Shown here piece after piece: positions 9,728 to 18,366 of a DNA stretch of 64,000 nucleotides. Origin of the DNA: Planctomycetota bacterium (lineage in GTDB: Bacteria; Planctomycetota; UBA8108; UBA1146); NCBI GenBank assembly GCA_032128395.1, contig JAQBGV010000071.1:7303-71302 (forward strand), given 5' to 3'. Position numbers and translations under genes: made by a program. Below the pieces are notes generated by a model that was not told where the DNA came from, did not search any database, and saw only the letters and a program-made list of their open reading frames with translations. How positions within the stretch are numbered: the stretch's first letter is position 1; each line of letters starts with the position of its first letter.

Positions 9728-10801
9728 CTAGAAGTCGTCCTCGATGGAATCGAGCACCGATGAATACTGATCGAGCTTCTCGAGGAAGATCGCAGTGCCG
9801 CGGGCGACGCAGGTGAGCGGGTCATCGGCGATCCGGACCGGTAGCCCGGTCTCGCGGCGGATCAGCTCGTCGAGCCCGCGCAGGAGCACGCCGCCGCCAC
9901 AGAGCACGAGTCCGCGATCGACCAGGTCGGCGGAGAGTTCCGGGTCGGTCTTCTCGAGTGTTTCCTTGATGCCATCGATGATCGTGCTGACCGTCTCCTG
10001 GAGCGCCTCGCGAACCTCCTCGCTGGTGATCCGCACCGAGCGCGGCAGCCCCGCGATCAGGTCGCGCCCCTTGACCTCCATCTCGAGCTCTTGCTCGAGG
10101 GGGAACGCCGAGCCGATCTGGATCTTGATCTGCTCGGCGGTGAGAACCCCGAGCAAGATGTTGTAGGTCTTCTTCATGTACTGGATGACCGCCTCGTCCA
10201 TGTCGTCTCCGGCGACTCGGAGCGACACCGAGGTGACCACGTCGGCGAGGGAGATCACCGCGATCTCGGTGGTGCCTCCGCCGATGTCGACGACCATGCT
10301 CGCGATCGGTTCTTCGATCTCCAGGCCAGCCCCCAACCCCGCGGCGCGCGGTTCTTCGACGAGATAGACCTTGCGGGCGCCCGCCCGCTCGGCGGAGTTG
10401 TAGACCGCTCGCTTCTCGACCGCGGTGATCCCGCTCGGCACTGCGATCACGACACGTGGACTGAAGAAGCGCTTCCGCTTGTGCACCTTGGTGATGAAGT
10501 ACTTCAGCATCGCCTCGGTGATCTCGAAGTCGGCGATCACTCCATCCTTGAGCGGGCGGATCGACTCGATCGAGCCGGGGGTCCGGCCGATCATCTCCTT
10601 GGCGACCTTGCCTACCGCCTTGCCGCCGAGGAGAACCTGGTTCGTCCCCGCCTTCACCGCGACGACGGAGGGCTCGGAGATCACCACCCCCTCCCCGCGG
10701 ATGCAGACCAGGGTATTGGCGGTTCCGAGGTCGATCCCCATGTCGGTGGAGAAAAGTCCCAGGATCCGGTTCAGCGAGTTGTTGATGAAGTGCAAGACCA
10801 T
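9728..10801 (-). CDS. mreB: actin-like rod shape protein MreB
   Basis: LGLFSTDMGIDLGTANTLV, DIGGGTTEIAVISL and GGGVLLRGLDELIRRETGLPV are unmistakable MreB motifs. 357 aa. Confidence 0.95.
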   Translation of the reverse strand: MVLHFINNSLNRILGLFSTDMGIDLGTANTLVCIRGEGVVISEPSVVAVKAGTNQVLLGGKAVGKVAKEMIGRTPGSIESIRPLKDGVIADFEITEAMLKYFITKVHKRKRFFSPRVVIAVPSGITAVEKRAVYNSAERAGARKVYLVEEPRAAGLGAGLEIEEPIASMVVDIGGGTTEIAVISLADVVTSVSLRVAGDDMDEAVIQYMKKTYNILLGVLTAEQIKIQIGSAFPLEQELEMEVKGRDLIAGLPRSVRITSEEVREALQETVSTIIDGIKETLEKTDPELSADLVDRGLVLCGGGVLLRGLDELIRRETGLPVRIADDPLTCVARGTAIFLEKLDQYSSVLDSIEDDF

Positions 10802-11055
10802 GCGCGGTATCCCGGGATCGCTCCCTCAGTGGTTCTCGTCGAAGATCAGTATTATCCGCCCGACGGAAAGACTCTTCGAAGGGTACTCTTCAAGGAATGG
10901 TCGCCATCGAGAGATGATCCTCATCTAGGAAGGGTCCCCGAAATGGGATGGGGGCCGAGATCGCGGCCATCCCCAACCTTGCCGTCCCCTGGGCCGGCGC
11001 GTCCGTCGCACGGACGAGAGCGGGAGATTCTACGCGGTCGAGACTGGAGATGGAA

Positions 11056-11093
11056 AGAAGACCGGGTACGCGCTGTCGCGTACCCGGTCTTCT
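11056..11093 (-). terminator. perfect 17-bp stem / 4-nt loop hairpin between the 79-aa gene and mreB
   Basis: agaagaccgggtacgcg (11056-11072), loop ctgt, cgcgtacccggtcttct (11077-11093). On the minus strand it is followed by uuccaucuccag, which is U-containing but not a canonical U-tract. Confidence 0.6.
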
Positions 11094-11119
11094 GGCACTC
11101 TGGGATCGGGTCTCTCGGG

Positions 11120-11359
11120 CTACTCAGATTTCTCGCCGGCTTTCCCGACGACCTTCTCGATCTGAGCCACGACGGCGGTCTGGTTCTTCTTCGCCCACTG
11201 ATCCGCGCTCGCGGTCGGGCTCTCGGTCCCGTGACGCAGACCGTTGATCTGGGCCCCGACGAAGACGGTGGCGCCGAGGAGAAAGACCGCGGAGAGCACC
11301 AGGAGGCTCGTGGCGAGCGGACTCGTGCTCTTCCGTTCGACGATCGGTTGTTCGAACAT
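11120..11359 (-). CDS. small single-pass membrane protein, unknown function
   Basis: 79 aa with one TM helix (LATSLLVLSAVFLLGATVFVGA) and a Lys-rich C-terminus. Lies 20 nt downstream of the coiled-coil gene and is followed by the hairpin. No family recognised. Confidence 0.5.
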   Translation of the reverse strand: MFEQPIVERKSTSPLATSLLVLSAVFLLGATVFVGAQINGLRHGTESPTASADQWAKKNQTAVVAQIEKVVGKAGEKSE

Positions 11360-11379
11360 GGGGGGATTCCTCTCGTCGG

Positions 11380-12234
11380 CTAGCCCGCGAGGCGGGTCGA
11401 GGCCTGCTGACCGGCCTGGATCGTCGCCCCAGGCTCCGTGAAGAGGATCCGGGCGCCCGACATGTCGTCGAGCAGGCTCTCCACCTTGACCTTGCCGATG
11501 AAACGGCCCCCCTCGTAAATGGTGAACTCGTAACCCTCGCGGACCTGGTCCTGACGGCCGACCGAGAGGACGACGATGTCGCCGCGGACTGCGGAGACGA
11601 CGCCGTTGATCTTCGGGGCGATCTGGACGGGGATCTTGTTGATGTCGACCCCGGCGTTCGCGAGCGCGGCGAGTTGGAGGGCCTTGCCGTCGAGATCCTT
11701 GTGCATCGAGGCGAGCGCCATCGCGAGCTGTTCGTTCGTCTCCTCCTGCTGCTGCAGGTCGAGACGGGCGCGCTGAGCCAGCTGGACCGCCTCCTTCTTC
11801 GATTCGTCAGCGACCGTCTTCTCGCGGATCAGGCGGTCGATTTCCTCGTCCTTGGAGGCGAGGGCGTTGTCCTTGTCCTGGAGGTGCTGATCCTGGGTCG
11901 AGATCTGCGACTGCAGAGTGTTCACCTGCGAGCGCAACTCGGTCTTGTCGGTCTTGAGTGCCCCGTTCTCGTTCCCGAGATCCTGGTTCTGCGTCTGCAG
12001 CACGGAGATCTCGTTGTCCTTGCGAGAGACGTTGCCCTCGAGAGCCTGGATGCGGCCCTCGTCCTTCTCCGATTTGGCCGTGGCCTGATCGCGAAGATCG
12101 ACGAGTTCTTCCCCGCCTTTCTCGGCAACCCGTTTCCAGTTCTTGTTGGTCTGGAAAAGGGTGGCGCTCGCTCCCAGGAAGAAGAGCGCCAGGATCAAGT
12201 TGATCACCACAAAGGCCTTGGCGAGCCCACTCAT
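11380..12234 (-). CDS. membrane-anchored coiled-coil protein with C-terminal beta-rich domain, unknown family
   Basis: 284 aa. N-terminal TM (FVVINLILALFFLGASATLF), about 170 aa of Q/E/D/K-rich heptad-like sequence, then GVVSAVRGDIVVLSVGRQDQVREGYEFTIYEGGRFIGKVKV. The coding pattern is clean. Confidence 0.7.
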   Translation of the reverse strand: MSGLAKAFVVINLILALFFLGASATLFQTNKNWKRVAEKGGEELVDLRDQATAKSEKDEGRIQALEGNVSRKDNEISVLQTQNQDLGNENGALKTDKTELRSQVNTLQSQISTQDQHLQDKDNALASKDEEIDRLIREKTVADESKKEAVQLAQRARLDLQQQEETNEQLAMALASMHKDLDGKALQLAALANAGVDINKIPVQIAPKINGVVSAVRGDIVVLSVGRQDQVREGYEFTIYEGGRFIGKVKVESLLDDMSGARILFTEPGATIQAGQQASTRLAG

Positions 12235-12399
12235 GAGAATCTTCCTCCCCTCAGGGAATCACGGTAGGACCTCGGACGCAGAGTGGCGTGCGAGGGACCT
12301 CTCCGAAACTCTGGCAGTATGAAACCGACTCCACTTGCTTTGCTCGGCGACCCAGCCGAAATGCTTTCGGCCGATCCACGGACGCATTTCGTCGGGCCC

Positions 12400-12459
12400 G
12401 GCCGCTAACAAATCGGCCGCCAACAAATCGGCCGCTAACAAATCGGCCGCTCAAAAAGC
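12400..12459. repeat. 15-bp tandem repeat x4 (ggccgcYaacaaatc, last unit degenerate), each with a CGGCCG palindrome
   Basis: Read directly: ggccgctaacaaatc / ggccgccaacaaatc / ggccgctaacaaatc / ggccgctcaaaaagc. Lies in a 705-bp gene-free interval. Confidence 0.85.
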
Positions 12460-12939
12460 CGCGCCCGCAGAAATCCGCACCTCCCGAAAGGCCGTCATGA
12501 CGACGTTTCGTACTCGCCGACGCCCAGCCGCGGTGAAACGGCAGGTCGAACGACACTTCCCCGGAACGTTGCGAGTGCGATCCTGACTCGGGGGGGGCGG
12601 GTCGGAGACCCGATCGATTCCGTTCGCACACCCATTGGCGAAATGAACCGATCTCCAGCCGCCACTCCTCCAACTGACCGCTAGGGCCCGCGTCGGAGAG
12701 GAGCAGGTGCCCGTGGAATATGGAATTATAGCGACGACCTCCGGATGGTCAATACTGCCGAGGTTCTCCCGAGCACCTTGACCCGTTGTCTCATAGAGAC
12801 TTGGAGAGCCCAGAACTCGCCAGAACCAGGGCCCGCCACCAGGTTTCTCGGGCCGGAATCGAGATCGCGCCCCCGGCCCCGATGGTACGATCCGCCCCCG
12901 CGCTCGGCTCGGCCCGGCCTTCGGAGGGAAGATATCGAC

Positions 12940-13620
12940 GTGTTTACGGGAATCATCGAGCGATCCTGCTCGGTCCGGGCCATCGAGCCGCGTGCCGGTT
13001 CGAGTCGGCTGCGAGTCGAGCGCCGGCCCGCCACCATCATGACGGGGGGCGCTGATCCTTCGAATGCTCGGGGGTTCTCGGGGGATCCAGGCTGGGATGA
13101 TCTCCAAGTCGGCGAGAGTATCGCGGTCGACGGATGCTGCCTGACCCTCGTCCAATTCGACCAGGAGGCCCTTTCCTTCGACATCATCGAGGAGAGCCTC
13201 GGAAAGACCACCCTCGGCGGCCGTCGCCCGGGTGCCCGGTTGAATCTCGAACGCTCACTTCGCCTCGGCGACCGCTTGGGAGGGCACCTCGTCAGCGGCC
13301 ACATCGATGGCACCGGGGTCGTGGCCGAGGTTCGAGCGGATGCCGAGGAGACCCGGATCACCATCGAGGTGCCGGTGGAAGTGCCAGTGCGGGTGGTCCA
13401 CAAGGGTTCGATCGCGATCGACGGAGTCAGCCTGACCGTCGCTTCGGTCGACGGCGCTCGCTTCACCGTCGCATTGATCCCGCACACTCTGGAGGTGACC
13501 AACCTCGGAGAGAGAAAGGTGGGGGACCGGGTGAATCTCGAAATGGACCAGATCGGCCGTTGGGTCGACTCACTCCTCGCGGAGCGTGGCTTCGGCCCGC
13601 CGGCCGTCGGAGGAGTGTAG
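12940..13620 (+). CDS. ribE: riboflavin synthase (alpha chain)
   Basis: GTG 12940 after GGAGGGA (12923-12929). Carries VFTGIIE at the N-terminus and duplicated barrel motifs (GESIAVDGCCLTLV and GSIAIDGVSLTVA). 226 aa, but with an atypical insert of about 25 aa after the first strand. Confidence 0.85.
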   Translation: MFTGIIERSCSVRAIEPRAGSSRLRVERRPATIMTGGADPSNARGFSGDPGWDDLQVGESIAVDGCCLTLVQFDQEALSFDIIEESLGKTTLGGRRPGARLNLERSLRLGDRLGGHLVSGHIDGTGVVAEVRADAEETRITIEVPVEVPVRVVHKGSIAIDGVSLTVASVDGARFTVALIPHTLEVTNLGERKVGDRVNLEMDQIGRWVDSLLAERGFGPPAVGGV

Positions 13621-15089
13621 TGGACGTTCCGAGGGTTCGCATCGCCCCCAGCCCGACCGGTGATCCCCACGTCGGCACCGCCTACGTCGCTCTCTTCAAC
13701 TATGCCTGGGCTCGCCGGCAGGGGGGGCAATTCATCCTCCGCATCGATGACACGGACCGGACGCGATACCAGTCCAAGTCCGAGGAGTCGATCTTCCGCG
13801 CACTGCGCTGGCTCGGACTCGACTGGGACGAGGGACCCGATGTGGGAGGGCCCTGCGCTCCCTACCGACAGTCCGAACGGCAGGAGATCTACCAGGAGCG
13901 GGTGCGGGAACTGCTCGCGCGGGGTGCCGCGTACCGGTGTTTCTGCACCGCGGAGCGCCTCGGAGAGCTGCGCCAGCGGCAAAAGGAGCGGAAGGAGCAC
14001 CTCGGGTACGACGGTCTCTGCCGAACTCTCGACCCGGAAGAGGCGGCGCGTCGGGCCGATGTCGAGGGGGAAGTTCATGTCGTGCGCCTCCGCGTCCCAT
14101 CGGGCGGTTCGACGGTCTTCCGAGACGAGCTCCGGGGCGAGATTACCGTGGCGAACGCGGAGATCGACGACCAAGTGCTGATGAAATCGGACGGCTTCCC
14201 GACCTATCACCTCGCGAACGTGGTCGACGACATCGCCTTCGGGATCACCGAGGTCGTCCGGGCGGAGGAGTGGCTGATCTCGACCCCCAAGCACGTCCTG
14301 CTCGCGCGGGCATTCGACGCTCCTGTCCCGCGATACTTCCACGTTCCTCTGCTGCGCAATCGAGATCATTCGAAAATCTCGAAGCGAAAGAACCCGGTCT
14401 CGCTCGACTGGTTCCGCTCGGAGGGATACCTCCCTGAGGCCCTTCTCAACTTCCTTGCGCTGATGGGGTGGGGGACCGGGGACGGCGAGGAGGTCTTCGG
14501 CCTCGACCGGTTCGAGCGCGAGTTCCGGCTCGAGGACATCTCCCTCGGGGCTCCGGTGTTCGACCTCGAGAAGCTCGAGTGGTTGAACGGCCAGTACCTA
14601 CGAAAGCTGACGGCAGCGGAACTCTACGAACGACTCCGCATCGAGAAGATGCTTCCCGCCGGTGCGGATGAGGCGGGGCTCGCGCGCATCCTTCCGGTCA
14701 TCGTCGAACGTCTCCACCGTCTGACGGATGTGGCCGAGATGGCGGGTTGGTACTTCGGGGAGCCGGCGCACTTTCCGGTCGGAGATCTCTGCCCCCCGAA
14801 GCAGCAGCTCGCCGATGCCGCGCCCATCTTGCGCGAGTCGCGAAATGCCCTCGCTCATCTCGCCCGATTCGACGCGCCGTCGATCGAGACCGCGCTCGAA
14901 GATGTCCGGGTCCGGCTCGAGGTGAAGAAGCCGCAACTCTTCATGCCGATGCGGGTCGCGCTCACCGGTCGAAAAGACTCCCCGGGGATCCACGAGGTGC
15001 TCCTCGTCCTCGGTCCCGAGCGCAGCGAGGCGCGTCTCACTGCGGCGCTCGCTCGGGTGGAAGAGGCGTCGGGCGGAGCTGCTTCGTGA
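13620..15089 (+). CDS. gltX: glutamate--tRNA ligase
   Basis: GTG 13620 shares one base with the ribE TAG stop. HIGH motif (PSPTGDPHVGTAY), KMSKS motif (KISKRK) and ILRIDDTD are present. 489 aa. Confidence 0.9.
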   Translation: MDVPRVRIAPSPTGDPHVGTAYVALFNYAWARRQGGQFILRIDDTDRTRYQSKSEESIFRALRWLGLDWDEGPDVGGPCAPYRQSERQEIYQERVRELLARGAAYRCFCTAERLGELRQRQKERKEHLGYDGLCRTLDPEEAARRADVEGEVHVVRLRVPSGGSTVFRDELRGEITVANAEIDDQVLMKSDGFPTYHLANVVDDIAFGITEVVRAEEWLISTPKHVLLARAFDAPVPRYFHVPLLRNRDHSKISKRKNPVSLDWFRSEGYLPEALLNFLALMGWGTGDGEEVFGLDRFEREFRLEDISLGAPVFDLEKLEWLNGQYLRKLTAAELYERLRIEKMLPAGADEAGLARILPVIVERLHRLTDVAEMAGWYFGEPAHFPVGDLCPPKQQLADAAPILRESRNALAHLARFDAPSIETALEDVRVRLEVKKPQLFMPMRVALTGRKDSPGIHEVLLVLGPERSEARLTAALARVEEASGGAAS

Positions 15090-15913
15090 CGAGAGGGGCA
15101 GGGACGACCGGGGCGGTGCGGCGAGGACTGGCTACGACCGATCGCATCGACCTGCACGTTCACAGCAATTTCTCTGACGGGCAGGACTCGCCGGCGACCC
15201 TCGCGAACGCTTCGATCGCGGTTCTCTCGATCTGTGACCACGACACAATCCGCGCGTACGACCATCTCCCGCCCGATCCCCGCTCACGCATCCTTCCAGG
15301 GGTGGAGGTCAGCGCGCGACTCGGCGACGGGGAGATCCATATCCTCGGCTACTTCCCGGATGGCTTCACGGATAGCTTCCGATCGTGGATCGCGGAGCGG
15401 GAGGAGGATCGCCGCACTCGGATCCGCGCCGGAGTCTCGGCGCTCCGCAATGCAGGGATCCCGGTCCGCTGGGCTGCGCTCGATGCGGAGGTGGGACAGG
15501 CGGTCCCCTGTCGTTCGCATGTCGCTCGCTGCCTGATCCAGATCGGCTGGCCGCGGAACCCGGAACGGCTCTATTCCGGATTCATGAACCGAGATCGTTT
15601 TCGAACCGCGACGATCTCGACCGCGGCCGTGATCGACGGGATCCTCTCCGCCGGCGGGCTTCCCTGCTGGGCGCACCCCGAAGAAGAGGCGATCGCGAAG
15701 CACGGAACGCGACTGGTGGGGGAAGGATTGCGCGGGATCGAGGCGCACTCCCCCGCCGTGCGGGGGACGAGGCGAGCCGCCGCACTCGCTCTTGCGACCG
15801 AGAACGGGCTCCTCGTCTCGGGGGGGACCGACTACCACGGAGGGCGAAAGCGCCGGGTCGGGTGGTACCGGGTGACGGTGGGGGACGTGGCTCGGGAGCT
15901 GCTCCCGAGCTGA
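15086..15913 (+). CDS. PHP-domain phosphoesterase (TrpH/YciV, RNase AM-like)
   Basis: GTG 15086 overlaps the gltX stop (GTGA). IDLHVHSNFSDGQDS, ICDHD, HILGYF, WAHP and GGTDYHG are PHP metal-ligand motifs. Confidence 0.75.
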   Translation: MTRGAGTTGAVRRGLATTDRIDLHVHSNFSDGQDSPATLANASIAVLSICDHDTIRAYDHLPPDPRSRILPGVEVSARLGDGEIHILGYFPDGFTDSFRSWIAEREEDRRTRIRAGVSALRNAGIPVRWAALDAEVGQAVPCRSHVARCLIQIGWPRNPERLYSGFMNRDRFRTATISTAAVIDGILSAGGLPCWAHPEEEAIAKHGTRLVGEGLRGIEAHSPAVRGTRRAAALALATENGLLVSGGTDYHGGRKRRVGWYRVTVGDVARELLPS

Positions 15914-15942
15914 ACCCCTCGCCCGAGCTTCTCGCGCCGCGG

Positions 15943-17652
15943 CTACGACTTCAACGAGTACAAGAACTTGGCGTTGTCCTCGAAGGAACCGACGCGTTCG
16001 CTGAGGAGCTCCATCCCTTCGATCGGATTCACGTTCGTCAGGACGCGGCGGAGCTTCCAGATCTGATCGATCTCATCGGACGTGTAGAGCTTCTCTTCCT
16101 TTCGGGTCCCGGAGAGCGTGACATCGATCGCGGGGTAGACCCGGTGGTCGGCGAGCTTGCGCGACAGCACCAGTTCCATGTTCCCGGTCCCCTTGAACTC
16201 TTCGAAGATCACTTCGTCCATCCGGCTGCCGGTCTCGATCAGCGCGGTGGCGATGATCGTCAGGCTTCCGTGGTTCTCGATGTTGCGCGCCGCCCCGAAA
16301 ATCGCCTTCGGCTTCTCGAGGGTCTTCGCATCGACCCCTCCGGAGAGCGTACGTCCACTGTGGGCGGTCTCGAGGTTGAATGCTCGTCCGAGGCGGGTGA
16401 GGGAATCGAGCAGCAGCACCACATCGCAGCTCGACTCCAAGAGCCGATGGCAGCGGTTGAGCACCATCTCCGCGACACGGACGTGACACTTGGAATTCTC
16501 GTCCGAGCTCGAGGCGTACACCTCTGCCCGAACGCTTCGCTTCCAGTCGGTGACCTCCTCGGGACGCTCATCGACGAGCAGGACGATGACGGCGATATCC
16601 GGGTAGGTGGCGGTGATCGATTGGGCCATCTTCTGTAGGAGCACGGTCTTCCCGGTGCGCGGGGGAGCGACGATCAAAGCGCGTTGACCGCGCCCGATCG
16701 GAGCGATCAGATCGACGAGTCGCATGCTCAGATCGCCGGTCGCGCCGAGGTGGAAGCGCTCCGTCGGATCGATGCTGGTCAGGTCCTTGTAGAACGGGCG
16801 ACGAGGAACCACGGTCGGTGGATCTCCATCGACGGTGTGGATCTCTTGGAGAGATGGTCCTCGGCCCTGCGGGGCGCGATGCCCACCGGTCGCCCCGACG
16901 ATGTAGTGGCCGGTGCGGAGCTTGAAGCGCTGCACGAGGTGCTTTCCGACATGGACGTCTGTCGGTTGGATCCGACAGCTCTTCTGGGGATCCCGGAGGA
17001 ACCCGAATCCCTGGTTCCCCACCTCGAGGATGCCGCGGACAAGCTCTCGCTTCTGCCGCTCAGCACTGTTCGAGTCGCTTTCCTTGCGTTCGTCGGTGGG
17101 TCGATCGGAACTCGGTCGCGCGGTGCCCGATTGCCGGCCGGGCCGGCTGGTACCGTGTTGCCGGGTGGGACTTTGTCGTCGATTCGCACCCTGCGGTCGG
17201 CTGGCACCCTGCGGCCGGCTGGCACCCTGCGGTCGGCCGGCACCCTGCGGTCGGCCGGCACCCTGCGGTCGGCCGGCACCCTGCTGCTTGCCGGAACCCT
17301 GCTGCCTGCCGGTACCCTGCTGCTGGCCACCGCGGCGATCGCCTCCGCCGGAGCGGGGCTGGTCGGTTCGAGGGGAAGGTGCTCCGGATCGTCCCTTCGG
17401 ACGGCGCCGCCCTCCGCGACGGTCATCGTTGCCGCTCCCGCCGGCCCCGCTACCCGCCCGGGACCCACCCCGAGCACCGGTGCCGCTGGACCCGTTCGCC
17501 CCACTCGGGGCGCCGCTGCCGAAATCGCTGCGGTTCCCGTCTACATTCGGCGGGTCGTTGCCCTCCCGCTTGGGGCCGGGGCCTCCGCGACGAGAGCCGG
17601 AATCGGGACCGGAGCGACCGTTCGGTGAGTCACCCGTGTTCTGCGAATTCAA
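15943..17652 (-). CDS. rho: transcription termination factor Rho with about 190-aa N-terminal low-complexity extension
   Basis: C-terminal 380 aa are canonical Rho (GILEVGNQGFGFLR, GQRALIVAPPRTGKT, LLVDERPEEV, SGGVD). The N-terminus is Gly/Arg/Gln/Pro-rich with hexapeptide repeats. Confidence 0.92.
   Translation of the reverse strand: MNSQNTGDSPNGRSGPDSGSRRGGPGPKREGNDPPNVDGNRSDFGSGAPSGANGSSGTGARGGSRAGSGAGGSGNDDRRGGRRRPKGRSGAPSPRTDQPRSGGGDRRGGQQQGTGRQQGSGKQQGAGRPQGAGRPQGAGRPQGASRPQGASRPQGANRRQSPTRQHGTSRPGRQSGTARPSSDRPTDERKESDSNSAERQKRELVRGILEVGNQGFGFLRDPQKSCRIQPTDVHVGKHLVQRFKLRTGHYIVGATGGHRAPQGRGPSLQEIHTVDGDPPTVVPRRPFYKDLTSIDPTERFHLGATGDLSMRLVDLIAPIGRGQRALIVAPPRTGKTVLLQKMAQSITATYPDIAVIVLLVDERPEEVTDWKRSVRAEVYASSSDENSKCHVRVAEMVLNRCHRLLESSCDVVLLLDSLTRLGRAFNLETAHSGRTLSGGVDAKTLEKPKAIFGAARNIENHGSLTIIATALIETGSRMDEVIFEEFKGTGNMELVLSRKLADHRVYPAIDVTLSGTRKEEKLYTSDEIDQIWKLRRVLTNVNPIEGMELLSERVGSFEDNAKFLYSLKS
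17185..17330. repeat. 18-bp in-frame tandem repeats inside rho (encode GA[G/S]RPQ hexapeptides)
   Basis: The plus strand reads ggcaccctgcggtcggcc-type units about 5 times, then degenerate ctgctg variants. The protein reads QGAGRPQGAGRPQGAGRPQGASRPQGASRPQGANRRQ. Confidence 0.85.
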
Positions 17653-18079
17653 ATCGAGACACTCCTAGAAATTCTTCGCCTGGCAAACTCCTCGACTCGA
17701 CCATCGAGCCTCTTGGAGCAAGTCAGGTCACACATCCCCAAATCGCGCGGTTCACATGGCTGGGGAATCGCTTGGGGTGCGTTGAGCGAGCGGTTCTCTT
17801 TCGGGACGGCCCATTCCGTGGAGATCAGCTTCGAAGCTGAATTGCACTCCACGGATCGAGAATCGGAACGGGCCGCGCGGCGGGCTCCCGCCGCTGCAAT
17901 CGGGTTGTTGGACGAACCGGAGCGAGTTCTAGCCACTCCGAGTCTTCGACCCTACATCTGCCAATTCATCTCCTCTCGACCCTCCCACGAGGGTCGCAGT
18001 GGACGAACGGCACGGGATCGACCGCTCTCGCGATCACTGCATTCCATCTCGCAGCATTCGAAACGCCGGTTCTCGAATC

Positions 18080-18137
18080 GTTTCCGCTTCGAGAGTGTTT
18101 CCGCTTCGAGAGTCGAGAGTGTTTCCTCTTCGAGAGT
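18080..18137. repeat. 17-bp direct repeat x3 (gtttccgcttcgagagt)
   Basis: Copies at 18080-18096 and 18097-18113 (identical, abutting) and 18121-18137 (1 mismatch), separated by an extra cgagagt. Lies in the rho/aroDE intergenic region. Confidence 0.85.
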
Positions 18138-18318
18138 GCAGTGCCCACGATCCAGGCAGCCAGCCGGGGAGAGCGGGGACGTGTCGGCGAACGACAACCG
18201 AGAAGGGGGAGATTCGCGAGAAACGCAATCCCCGCCTCGCCGGACTCGGGGTCGAGGGATCGGCAGGGTGAGAGCCCCGCCGGAAGTGATCGATCCCCGA
18301 AGCCAAGGAAATGCCGCG

Positions 18319-18366
18319 TCACAGAGACGCTACATCACCGAGACGCTAGGTCACAGAGACGCAACA
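18319..18366. repeat. 16-bp tandem repeat x3 (tcacagagacgctaca), with degenerate copies continuing to about 18435
   Basis: tcacagagacgctaca / tcaccgagacgctagg / tcacagagacgcaaca in perfect phase. Downstream, cgcagaaagacgcc, tcacagaaaaccgc and tcacgagcaacaga look like decayed units. Confidence 0.8.

Noticed and set aside
12335-12586. 83-aa ORF encoding (ANKSA)x3 from the 15-bp repeat, and the 70-aa alternative frame (PLTNR repeats).
   Set aside because: TTG start without an RBS, AAA/AAC/TCG codon usage unlike neighbouring genes, and the repeat reads open in two frames. It is more likely a DNA-level repeat than a peptide.
12235-12939. FMN riboswitch upstream of ribE, or a tmRNA/RNase P/SRP RNA hidden in the gap.
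   Set aside because: I could not find the conserved FMN-element cores, a tmRNA 5' GGGG...3' T-arm/ACCA end with a tag ORF, the RNase P GGAAAGUCCGG box or the SRP GGAAG/AGCA motif by eye. It needs a covariance-model scan to exclude fully.
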